A stretch of DNA of 38,584 nt. Origin: Candidatus Woesearchaeota archaeon. GTDB lineage: Archaea > Nanobdellota > Nanobdellia > SCGC-AAA011-G17 > JAPLZO01. Under the pieces are notes generated by a model. That model was not told where the DNA came from. It was given only the letters and a program-made list of their open reading frames with translations, and did not search any database. Every line of letters begins with the position of its first letter. The stretch's first letter is position 1. Positions 18,965 to 27,156 of the stretch are shown piece after piece. Position numbers and translations under genes: made by a program. The stretch lies in assembly GCA_026394995.1 (NCBI GenBank), contig JAPLZO010000043.1, forward strand, positions 1 to 38,584, written 5' to 3'.

Positions 18965-20722
18965 CTAACAGTCTAACAAGCCACCTTCTTGGGTATATCC
19001 TGATGGACATGTAGGAGTTACTGAACATTCAGAATACACAGTAGACTTGCACCATAATTGACACAAGTTATCACGCCCACAACCTGATTCCTCTTTAATT
19101 TCAACACAAGTGTCAGGAGAACACTGATTAATAAAACTAGCACAAGCATATATAGAGCACGATCTGCTAGTACACCAGTTGAGTTTTACATAATCCTGAG
19201 TACACTTAAGTTTTTTAAGTTGCACACAGTTCTGCGTTTCCCCAGGCTTGTAAATAGTAGTGCCGCAGTTATTACTATCTGTACAAGTCCTAGTCTGCTG
19301 CCCACCAACGCAAGCGCCCCATGATGTACAACTCCATGAAGGTGTACAAGGAGTTGTACATGAACCTGAACAACAATTACTACAATCAGTTGCACCACTT
19401 ACTGAACTACATGATATATAAGATGAACATGTATTAGATTTACAAGTTCCACCTAAAGATGAACATGTTTGTTGTGGTATTGTACAAGTTCCACTACAAC
19501 ATGAATATCCATAACCACAATCAGTTGCACCATCTATAGGATTACATGAATTGTAATAAGAACAATATCCTAATTCACAAGTTCCACCTAAAGATGAACA
19601 TGTTTGTTGTGGTATTGTACAAGTTCCACTACAACAATATCCTGTAGTACAAGTACCAGTTCCAGCAACACAATCATTATAATAATTACAAGGAGAAGTT
19701 TTACAATTTTGACATTGTTGACTTTGAACTACACAAGCTCCAGTAGAACTTTGACATGTATAACCACTACTACAACCACATAAAATACAATTATCTACTA
19801 ATTGTAAATTATTTTGTACAAGACTACAAAATTTAGGTTTTGTACTAGAACATTGTCCTATTGCTGTTCCACCACTACATGTTGTCAAACACTTACCTTT
19901 ATCTCTACAAATACCTAAATACAACATACTAATAATTCCGCTAGTAGCATCCCAACAACAATTAGCATCGTTAGAACATTCATTTTTATCTTTATAATAA
20001 GAACAAGATAACACACAACTGCTACCCGTCCACAAACAACCTAATCTTTCACAATTGGCTTTAGTAGTTTCTCCAGCACACAAATATTTTTCTTTAGGTC
20101 CACTAATTTCTTTTTTAAATTCTCCACCAACATAAACTTTAGAAACACCTTCTAAACTTTCTCTACTAACAATAATAATTTCTGGTTTATTTGTACTTAA
20201 TCCAAATGTATAATAACCTCCATTTAATATAATTGATACATCACTTAAACCTTTAGCACTTACATTAGCAATACATGTTTTTTGCAATACAGTATTTTTC
20301 AATCCAGGGCTTATTGAAAAACCTGCAAAATCAATGGTCGCGCTTAGATCATTATAACAACCATTTAAACCAATTACACCTTGTTGATAATCAACCATTA
20401 TTGGCTGATCCATATAATTCCCCATATACAAAACATCATTATTATAAAAAGCATATATTAATCCAAAATATGGATTTTGAGCACGAGCATATGAACTATA
20501 TAAAATACTGAAATTTATAAAAGAATCAGAAACATCTCTTTCATTTGATAATAATAAAATATTAACAAATTTACTACTTTCAACTTCATAATTAGAACTT
20601 AATTCTTTAAAATCATCTTCTACAACTTTTTCAACTGATATATTTCTTTCAACAACTAATAGATAAATAACAAAACATAATATAATAGCCACTAATAAGT
20701 ATACCTGACCTCTTTTATTCAT
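18965..20722 (-). CDS. Class III signal peptide (type IV pilin-like) protein with long Cys-rich repeat extension
   Basis: MNKRG/QVYLLVAIILCF: K-R-G-Q followed by a hydrophobic helix. C-terminal half is highly Cys-rich with repeats and a TSP1-like W..C..G.Q.R.C unit. Confidence 0.75.
   Translation of the reverse strand: MNKRGQVYLLVAIILCFVIYLLVVERNISVEKVVEDDFKELSSNYEVESSKFVNILLLSNERDVSDSFINFSILYSSYARAQNPYFGLIYAFYNNDVLYMGNYMDQPIMVDYQQGVIGLNGCYNDLSATIDFAGFSISPGLKNTVLQKTCIANVSAKGLSDVSIILNGGYYTFGLSTNKPEIIIVSRESLEGVSKVYVGGEFKKEISGPKEKYLCAGETTKANCERLGCLWTGSSCVLSCSYYKDKNECSNDANCCWDATSGIISMLYLGICRDKGKCLTTCSGGTAIGQCSSTKPKFCSLVQNNLQLVDNCILCGCSSGYTCQSSTGACVVQSQQCQNCKTSPCNYYNDCVAGTGTCTTGYCCSGTCTIPQQTCSSLGGTCELGYCSYYNSCNPIDGATDCGYGYSCCSGTCTIPQQTCSSLGGTCKSNTCSSYISCSSVSGATDCSNCCSGSCTTPCTPSWSCTSWGACVGGQQTRTCTDSNNCGTTIYKPGETQNCVQLKKLKCTQDYVKLNWCTSRSCSIYACASFINQCSPDTCVEIKEESGCGRDNLCQLWCKSTVYSECSVTPTCPSGYTQEGGLLDC
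19442..19636. repeat. Exact 60-bp direct repeat in Cys-rich gene (19442-19501 and 19577-19636)
   Basis: Identical 60-mers 135 bp apart, encoding CCSGTCTIPQQTCSSLGGTC. Confidence 0.9.
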
Positions 20723-20740
20723 TATATAACCTTAAATATA

Positions 20741-21352
20741 TTATTTATTTAAATACTCTTCGATTTTGCTAAAAACCTTATCTATGGTTTTTTCACCAAC
20801 AATTTTAATTAAAATTTTCTTTTTAATATAAAAATCAATTAATGGTTTTGTTTCTTTATGAAAAATTTCTAATCTTTTTTTAATGCTTTCTTCATTATCA
20901 TCAGGTCTTTTTATTAATTTACTACCACAAATATCACATATATTATCATTTAAAGGTTTTTTACGATTTCCATAAATAGCTCCACATTTTTCACATTGTA
21001 TTCTTGTTGTTAATCTTTTTATAGCAGTTTCATCTTTTAAGGTTATATAAAAAACCTTATCTATCTTGGTTATTTTTTCTAATTCTCTAGCTTGTTTTAT
21101 TGTTCTAGGAAAACCATCTAAAACAAAATTGTTTTTTAATTTATTCTCTAATAAATCTAAAATAATCTTATCATCAACTAATTCACCTTTTTTTAATATT
21201 TCATCAATTTGTAAACCAATTTTACTTTTTTTATTAACTTCATTCCTTAGTATATCTCCTATAGAAATATGTTCTAAATGATAAATTTCATTTAACAATT
21301 TAGCATATGTTCCTTTCCCAGAACCTTGCATTCCTATTAAAATAATTTTCAT
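20741..21352 (-). CDS. adk: Adenylate kinase, bacterial-type with zinc LID; start reassigned to ATG 21352
   Basis: MKIILIGMQGSGKGT P-loop, HISIGDILR, GELVDD, LDGFPRT, CEKC...CDIC LID, RPDD. Confidence 0.92.
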   Translation of the reverse strand: MKIILIGMQGSGKGTYAKLLNEIYHLEHISIGDILRNEVNKKSKIGLQIDEILKKGELVDDKIILDLLENKLKNNFVLDGFPRTIKQARELEKITKIDKVFYITLKDETAIKRLTTRIQCEKCGAIYGNRKKPLNDNICDICGSKLIKRPDDNEESIKKRLEIFHKETKPLIDFYIKKKILIKIVGEKTIDKVFSKIEEYLNK

Positions 21353-21360
21353 TTTTTCTT

Positions 21361-21393
21361 TTTTTTCCAAGGCTTTCTTTTTAAGAAAGGCTT
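21361..21393 (+). repeat. Dispersed palindromic repeat between tRNA-Thr 3' end and adk
   Basis: TTTTTTCCAAGGCTTTCTTTTTAAGAAAGGCTT. Confidence 0.65.
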
Positions 21394-21395
21394 AA

Positions 21396-21548
21396 AGCCT
21401 TGGGTGGAAATTGCATCCACGACCTCATGCTTTTTGTTTTTTTATTTTCTTTCCAGGGCTTCTTCCTAAGAAAGCCTATACCAAGCATCTAAGCAATACT
21501 AAGGGTTTACCCTTACTATTTGTGCTCCACTGACTGAGCTACCAAGGC
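21396..21548 (-). tRNA. tRNA-Thr(GGT) with two introns (27/28: 21489-21521, 33 nt; 37/38: 21432-21478, 47 nt)
   Basis: Acceptor GCCTTGG/CCAAGGC-T, D-stem GCTC/GAGC. Anticodon stem CATGC/GCATG forms only after removing both introns; loop TT-GGT-AA. T-arm GTGGA-TGCAATT-TCCAC. Confidence 0.85.
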
Positions 21549-21554
21549 AATAAA

Positions 21555-21664
21555 TGCGAGGGACAGGATTTGAACCTGCGCAGGCACTAAGCCACAGGAT
21601 CTTAAGTCCTGCTCATTTGACCAGATTTCAGGATATTTTCTTTATATCGCTCTGACACCCTCGC
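21555..21664 (-). tRNA. tRNA-Leu(TAA) with a 24-nt D-loop intron (about 15/16; 21626-21649)
   Basis: Acceptor GCGAGGG/CCCTCGC-A, anticodon arm CAGGA-CTTAAGA-TCCTG, long variable arm, GCAGG-TTCAAAT-CCTGT. Intron folds into a BHB-like motif (TCAG/CTGA helix, AGC and AAT bulges). Confidence 0.88.
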
Positions 21665-21690
21665 ATAATCTTTAAATTTGATATTTTTAT

Positions 21691-22284
21691 TTATAAAGGT
21701 TTGTATTTAAATTGAGGTTTAATAATTCTAAAGAAATCTTTCCAACTTTCTTTTTTGATATATACAAAGTACGAAGGTTTTTTATTTTTTCTTATAAAAG
21801 GACCTTGTATAGTACTCTTTATATTTAATTTGTATAATAATTTTTTAATTTGTTTTAAACCTCTTAGATTACAAGAAGAAAAAACTATTTTATTTTTACA
21901 AAAACAACCATCACCTTCAAAATAACCACGTAAGAACATCGGTATTATTTTTCTATTAGACATAACTCCAAATGGAACTTTCCAGTTTAAACAACCATAG
22001 TTAGAATAATTAAGTAAATTATTTATTATAAATCTCTTACATATTCTTACTCTATCTTTCTCTACTTTAGGAGAATAATTATATTCTTTTAAAAGGAGTT
22101 TTTGAAATTTTTTTAATAATCTAATGTCAAAATTACCAAATTGTATACAAACACTTCTTTTATTATTCATGTAATAATATTTATTTCTATCCTTATAGAA
22201 TTGCCAATAAGAGCTAATTTTGTTATAGTAATTACCCTCTGCACAAAGAAGTCCAATAATTTCAGCTTTAGCCTCACTTATCAT
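21691..22284 (-). CDS. Free-standing two-motif LAGLIDADG endonuclease-like protein
   Basis: AEIIGLLCAEGN and FLRGYFEGDGC motifs. No intein splice residues; not inside either flanking tRNA. Own TATA-like TTTATAAAA at about 22309-22317. Confidence 0.85.
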   Translation of the reverse strand: MISEAKAEIIGLLCAEGNYYNKISSYWQFYKDRNKYYYMNNKRSVCIQFGNFDIRLLKKFQKLLLKEYNYSPKVEKDRVRICKRFIINNLLNYSNYGCLNWKVPFGVMSNRKIIPMFLRGYFEGDGCFCKNKIVFSSCNLRGLKQIKKLLYKLNIKSTIQGPFIRKNKKPSYFVYIKKESWKDFFRIIKPQFKYKPL

Positions 22285-22390
22285 CTTAGTACAACTTAAA
22301 GAGATTTATTTTATAAACTTTATGTGTATATTTGGCAAATGATCAATAATACAAAAAAAGAACAAGTTCATTTATAAAACTTTTTGTTAA

Positions 22391-22479
22391 AGCCCTGGGA
22401 GAGAATTGAACTCACAACCTTCTGCTTTTTCATCATATAATACGAAGCAGATGCTCTAACCAGATTGAGCTACCAGGGC
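22391..22479 (-). tRNA. tRNA-Thr(CGT) with canonical 14-nt intron (22427-22440)
   Basis: GCCCTGG/CCAGGGC-T acceptor, GCTC/GAGC D-stem, TCTGC-TTCGTA[intron]A-GCAGA, GTGAG-TTCAATT-CTCTC (one mismatch). Confidence 0.88.
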
Positions 22480-22480
22480 C

Positions 22481-22618
22481 TTATTTTATTTTTTCTTTTA
22501 ATTTATCTTTATATTTTCTTTGACAATTAGAACAAATAGTTTTTTTCTTAATATAAGTACCTTTAATTTTCTCTAAGAATGTTGTTTCAATTTTTTCACC
22601 ACAAATAGCACATTTAAT
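22481..22618 (-). CDS. Small zinc-finger protein (CxxC...CxxC), probable ATT start
   Basis: (I)KCAICGEKIETTFLEKIKGTYIKKKTICSNCQ.... SD AGGTGA lies 4 nt before ATT at 22618. The track start at 22681 would run through the divergent promoter region. Confidence 0.6.
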   Translation of the reverse strand: MKCAICGEKIETTFLEKIKGTYIKKKTICSNCQRKYKDKLKEKIK

Positions 22619-22699
22619 TTTCTCACCTAAAAATTCTATATGCAATATATTAATAAACCTTACCAAAATATTCTTAAACAATAAAAAAACAAAAAAAAT

Positions 22700-24436
22700 A
22701 TGTCAAGAATAGCAATAGTTGAAAAAGATAAGTGTAATCCAATCAAATGTGATTATCTTTGTATAAAGCTTTGTCCTTTAAATAGATCTGGAGAAGAATG
22801 TATTATTAAAGATAAAAAGGTTATAATAGACGAAGAACTCTGCAATGGATGTGGAATTTGTCAAAATAGATGTCCATTCAAAGCAATTTCTATAATAAAT
22901 TTACCAAAAGAACTAAAGGTTCAACCAATACATCAATATTCAAAAAATGGTTTTAGATTATATAGATTACCAACTCCTATGTTCGGAAAAGTTACTGGTA
23001 TTATAGGAAAAAATGGTATTGGAAAAACAACAGCCTTAAACATTTTAGCAAATATAATAAAACCCAATCTAGGAAATTTAGATAAAGAATCTTCTTATGA
23101 GGATTTAATCAAATTTTTTAAAGGTACAGAATCACAAAATTTCTTTGAAAAATTAAAAAATCATGAGATTATAGTTTCCTATAAACCTCAAAGAGTTGAT
23201 GATATTCCATTAAACTATAAAGGTAAAGTTATAGATTTATTAAAAAAAGTTGATGAAAAAAATAAATTAAGTGAAATTTCTAAAATATTAGAACTAGATA
23301 ATATATTAAATAATGATATAAAGAATTTATCAGGTGGTGAATTACAAAGAGTAACAATAGCAGCAGCTTCATTAAAAAAAGCTAATTTATATATTTTTGA
23401 TGAACCAACATCTTATCTTGATATAAAACAAAGATTAAATGTTGCTAAATTCATAAGATCATTATCAAATGAAGATACTGCCATTTTAGTAGTAGAACAT
23501 GATTTAATAATTCTCGATTATCTAGCAGATTTAATTTATATAATGTATGGTAAAGAATCATGTTATGGTATTTGTTCTCAAATTAAATCAACCAAATCTG
23601 GAATTAATACTTATCTAGAAGGTTATCTCAAAGAAGAGAATGTTAAATTTAGAGATAAAAAAATACAATTTTTAGTAAAACCTCCAATAAGAAAAAAAAC
23701 TCCAATTGAATTAACTTCTTGGGAAAAATTAACAAAAAAACTAGATCACTTTAATCTAGAAGTGTCTCCTGGATTAATTAATGAAAATGAAGTTATCGGA
23801 ATCTTAGGTGAAAATGCAATTGGAAAAACAACATTCATTAAATTATTAGCAGGAGTTTTAGAGATAGATTCTGGAGGAATCAATAAGAAATTAAAAATTT
23901 CTTATAAACCTCAATATATTCAAGCTAGTAATGAATTAGTTCAAGATGTATTAAAAAATATTAAAAAAGAAATAATTTTACACTTAAATTTAAATGATTT
24001 AGCTTTTAAAAAAGTAAATGAACTATCAGGTGGTGAACTCCAAAAGTTATCAATAGCCTCTTGTTTATCACAAAAAGCTGATCTATATTTGCTAGATGAA
24101 CCTTGTGCATATCTAGATATAGAACAAAGATTAATTATTTCTAAATTAATAAGAGATGAAATGGAATTAAATAATACATCTGCTTTGATAGTTGATCATG
24201 ATATAATATTCATAGATTATATATCTAGTAAATTATTAATATTTTCAGGAATACCAGCTAAAAATGGATTAACTAATGGTCCTTTTGAAGTTGAAAGTGG
24301 TATGAATCTATTTTTAAAAGAACTTGACATTACTATGAGAAAAGATCCAGAAACAAATAGACCTAGAATAAATAAGTTAAACTCACAACTTGATAGAATA
24401 CAAAAAAGTAAAGGAAATCTATACTATAGTAAGTAA
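22700..24436 (+). CDS. Ribosome recycling factor ABCE1 (Rli1)
   Basis: N-terminal 4Fe-4S Cys motifs (CNPIKC..CIKLCP; CNGCGICQNRCPF), two ABC domains (GKNGIGKT, LSGGELQ), hinge TMRKDPETNRPRINK. Confidence 0.96.
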   Translation: MSRIAIVEKDKCNPIKCDYLCIKLCPLNRSGEECIIKDKKVIIDEELCNGCGICQNRCPFKAISIINLPKELKVQPIHQYSKNGFRLYRLPTPMFGKVTGIIGKNGIGKTTALNILANIIKPNLGNLDKESSYEDLIKFFKGTESQNFFEKLKNHEIIVSYKPQRVDDIPLNYKGKVIDLLKKVDEKNKLSEISKILELDNILNNDIKNLSGGELQRVTIAAASLKKANLYIFDEPTSYLDIKQRLNVAKFIRSLSNEDTAILVVEHDLIILDYLADLIYIMYGKESCYGICSQIKSTKSGINTYLEGYLKEENVKFRDKKIQFLVKPPIRKKTPIELTSWEKLTKKLDHFNLEVSPGLINENEVIGILGENAIGKTTFIKLLAGVLEIDSGGINKKLKISYKPQYIQASNELVQDVLKNIKKEIILHLNLNDLAFKKVNELSGGELQKLSIASCLSQKADLYLLDEPCAYLDIEQRLIISKLIRDEMELNNTSALIVDHDIIFIDYISSKLLIFSGIPAKNGLTNGPFEVESGMNLFLKELDITMRKDPETNRPRINKLNSQLDRIQKSKGNLYYSK

Positions 24437-24535
24437 ATTATATTTTAGAGAGCAATAATATTTATATGTATGAATTTAAAAATTAGATAAAGCTATTTTA
24501 TTTATTATCCTAATAAAAAATAAAAAGGTGGTAAA

Positions 24536-27148
24536 ATGTTAGATTATGATAAAAATGTTACATCACGACTAGAAGATACATTAAAAAAAGAATATACTCA
24601 ATCATTATCATTTTCTCCTAATTCAGTTTCATTACTACAAAAAAGATATTTAGTAAAAGATGAAAAAGGTAATATTCAAGAAACACCAAAAGATTTGCTA
24701 GCAAGAGTGGCAGTAAATATTGCTTATGCAGATTTTAATTATGATTTAAATGAATCTCAAACTTATAACACAGCAAAAGAGTTCTATGAAATGATGGCTA
24801 AAAAAGATTTCATGCCTAATTCTCCTACATTAATGAATGCTGGAAGATCAATGCAACAACTTGCTGCTTGTTTTGTGGTTCCTATAGAAGATAATATGAA
24901 TAGTATTTTACAAGGTATGAAAGATGCTGGTATGATTCATAAAAGTGGTGGTGGTACTGGTTTTTCATTTTCAAGACCAAGAAGAAAAAATGCTTATGTA
25001 AGTACTACTTATGGTAAAGCAAGTGGTCCTATTTCATTCATGAGTGCTTATGATGGTGTTACAGAATCTGTTAATCAAGGTGGTTTTAGACGTGGTGCAA
25101 ACTTTGGAGGTTTAAGAGTAGATCATCCTGATGTTCTTGAATTTATAAGAATAAAGGCAGATGAAAAAAGCAAGAAACTTTCAAATTTTAATCTTTCAGT
25201 TTTTATAACAGATGATTTTATGAGAGCTTTAGAAAATGATGAATATTATTATCTAAAAAATCCTAATGGTTCATATTTAACATTAGATGATATACTTGCT
25301 GATGAAAATGGTGTTAAAATAGGGTTAATTAATGAAAAAGACTTAAATTATAGAATATTAAATGAAAATGGTGAAATTAAAGTAATAGATAACTTTAGTG
25401 GAGAAATATATGGTAAAGTTAAAGATAATAAAATTGCTCTTAATGCAAAAAGAGTTTTTAATGAAATTACAAAATATGCTTGGAATAATGGTGAACCAGG
25501 TGTTATTTTTATAGATACAATAAATAAATATAATCCAACTCCAAAATTAGGAGCTATAGAAAGTACTAATCCATGTGGCGAACAACCTCTACTTCCTTAT
25601 GAAGCATGTAATTTAGGTTCAATTAATTTAGAAAACTTTGTAAAAGAAGGTAAAATAGATTATGAAAGATTAAGCAAAGTTGCTAGTATTGCTACTCATT
25701 TCTTAGATAATGTAATTGATATGAGTGAATATCCTTTAGAAAAAACTAAAGAAGAGAAAGAAAAGCTTATAGAATTTTTAAAAAAATATGAAATAGAAAA
25801 AAGTAAAATTGAACAAATCATTAAAGAGTGGTCTCAGTCTCCAATAGAAAAAATTGTTAAAGAGAACAGGAAAATAGGATTAGGAGTAATGGGTTTTACT
25901 GATATGTTGATAAAATTAGATATTCCATATGATTCTGAAAAAGCTGTTCAAACAGCAGAGAATGTCATGAAATTTATTAAAGAAGAAGCAAAAAAAGAAT
26001 CGTATAAACTTGCAAAAGAAAGGGGTGTTTTCCCTAATTTTGAAGATAGTATTTTTAATGATGGTAAAGAAGAAAATAAATTAAGAAATGCTACATTAAC
26101 AACAATTGCACCAACTGGATCAATTGGAATAATAGCAGATGTTTTCTCTCGTGGAATAGAACCATTACATGAGTTAATATATATCCATAAAGATTCTGAT
26201 GGACAAAAAAGAAAATATGTTAATGAATCATTAAAACAAGATTTAATAAAATATGGTATTAATCCACAACAAGTTTTACGAAGATTAGAAAATGGTGAAA
26301 AATTACAAGATATGCCTATCCCTAATAATATTAAAAGATTATATGTAACTACTAATGATATTGAAACAGATTATCATATTAAAATTCAAGCAGCATTCCA
26401 AAAATATACTGACAATGCTGTATCAAAAACAGTTAATTTTCCATTTACAGCAACAATAGATGATTTTGTTAAAGCTTATATTGAAGCACATAAAGCTGGA
26501 TGTAAGGGTATTACAGCTTATAGAAAGGGTAGTCGTGAAGATGAAGTTATTACAAGTGTATCTAAAAAGGGATTAGAAGAAAAATTAAAAAATATTCCTA
26601 AAATAAGACCTGCATTTGTTAGAGAGGAAACAGTAGGTCAAGAACAAAAAGTATTTTTAATACCAACATATGTTGATGGAGAAAAAAGAGAATTATTTGG
26701 AACAACTAATTATGCAAATCCAGACGAAATGTCTCTATTTAACAGTTTACTTGTTAGAATTTCTAAAGATCTAAGAAAAGGCTTATCTCCTCAAGAAATA
26801 GCAGATGATATCAAGAATTGTAATTTACCAAAAGAAGTAGGTGGATGGAATCCAATAGGTGATAAATCATATTATAATTCATCAATACCTGAAGCTATAT
26901 CTAAAACATTAACCAATTTTAAAATGGATATTGATGAACAAAAAGTATCTCATTTAATGAAAGAATTAGAAAAAGAACTAAACAAATTTAAAGATAAAGA
27001 AGCTGATAACAAAGAAAAAATTTCAAAACCAACAATTAAAGATAAGCCAATAAATTTATGTTCTGAATGTAATGAAGGAACTATTATTAACATTGAAGGT
27101 TGTCTACAATGTAATGTATGTGGACACTCACCAAAAGGTTGTTCTTAG
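24536..27148 (+). CDS. nrdJ: Class II (adenosylcobalamin-dependent) ribonucleotide reductase
   Basis: FMPNSPTLMNAG, QLAACFV, SGGGTGF, TNPCGEQPL..YEACNLGS, TIAPTG, DNAVSKTVN, C-terminal zinc ribbon. No beta subunit nearby. SD AGGTGG. Confidence 0.92.
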   Translation: MLDYDKNVTSRLEDTLKKEYTQSLSFSPNSVSLLQKRYLVKDEKGNIQETPKDLLARVAVNIAYADFNYDLNESQTYNTAKEFYEMMAKKDFMPNSPTLMNAGRSMQQLAACFVVPIEDNMNSILQGMKDAGMIHKSGGGTGFSFSRPRRKNAYVSTTYGKASGPISFMSAYDGVTESVNQGGFRRGANFGGLRVDHPDVLEFIRIKADEKSKKLSNFNLSVFITDDFMRALENDEYYYLKNPNGSYLTLDDILADENGVKIGLINEKDLNYRILNENGEIKVIDNFSGEIYGKVKDNKIALNAKRVFNEITKYAWNNGEPGVIFIDTINKYNPTPKLGAIESTNPCGEQPLLPYEACNLGSINLENFVKEGKIDYERLSKVASIATHFLDNVIDMSEYPLEKTKEEKEKLIEFLKKYEIEKSKIEQIIKEWSQSPIEKIVKENRKIGLGVMGFTDMLIKLDIPYDSEKAVQTAENVMKFIKEEAKKESYKLAKERGVFPNFEDSIFNDGKEENKLRNATLTTIAPTGSIGIIADVFSRGIEPLHELIYIHKDSDGQKRKYVNESLKQDLIKYGINPQQVLRRLENGEKLQDMPIPNNIKRLYVTTNDIETDYHIKIQAAFQKYTDNAVSKTVNFPFTATIDDFVKAYIEAHKAGCKGITAYRKGSREDEVITSVSKKGLEEKLKNIPKIRPAFVREETVGQEQKVFLIPTYVDGEKRELFGTTNYANPDEMSLFNSLLVRISKDLRKGLSPQEIADDIKNCNLPKEVGGWNPIGDKSYYNSSIPEAISKTLTNFKMDIDEQKVSHLMKELEKELNKFKDKEADNKEKISKPTIKDKPINLCSECNEGTIINIEGCLQCNVCGHSPKGCS

Positions 27149-27156
27149 GGGTTAAA

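Noticed and set aside
13762..20722. Diversity-generating retroelement target/template
   Set aside because: No reverse transcriptase in the window and no repeat pair differing only at adenines was seen.
13464..21477. CRISPR array
   Set aside because: The palindromes are dispersed, degenerate and not regularly spaced; no cas genes.
21691..22284. LAGLIDADG gene as part of a giant tRNA intron or split tRNA
   Set aside because: Both flanking tRNAs are complete, and no tRNA halves border the ORF.
25240..25450. Possible intein in NrdJ
   Set aside because: The extra segment is short and lacks the C/S start, HN end and endonuclease motifs.
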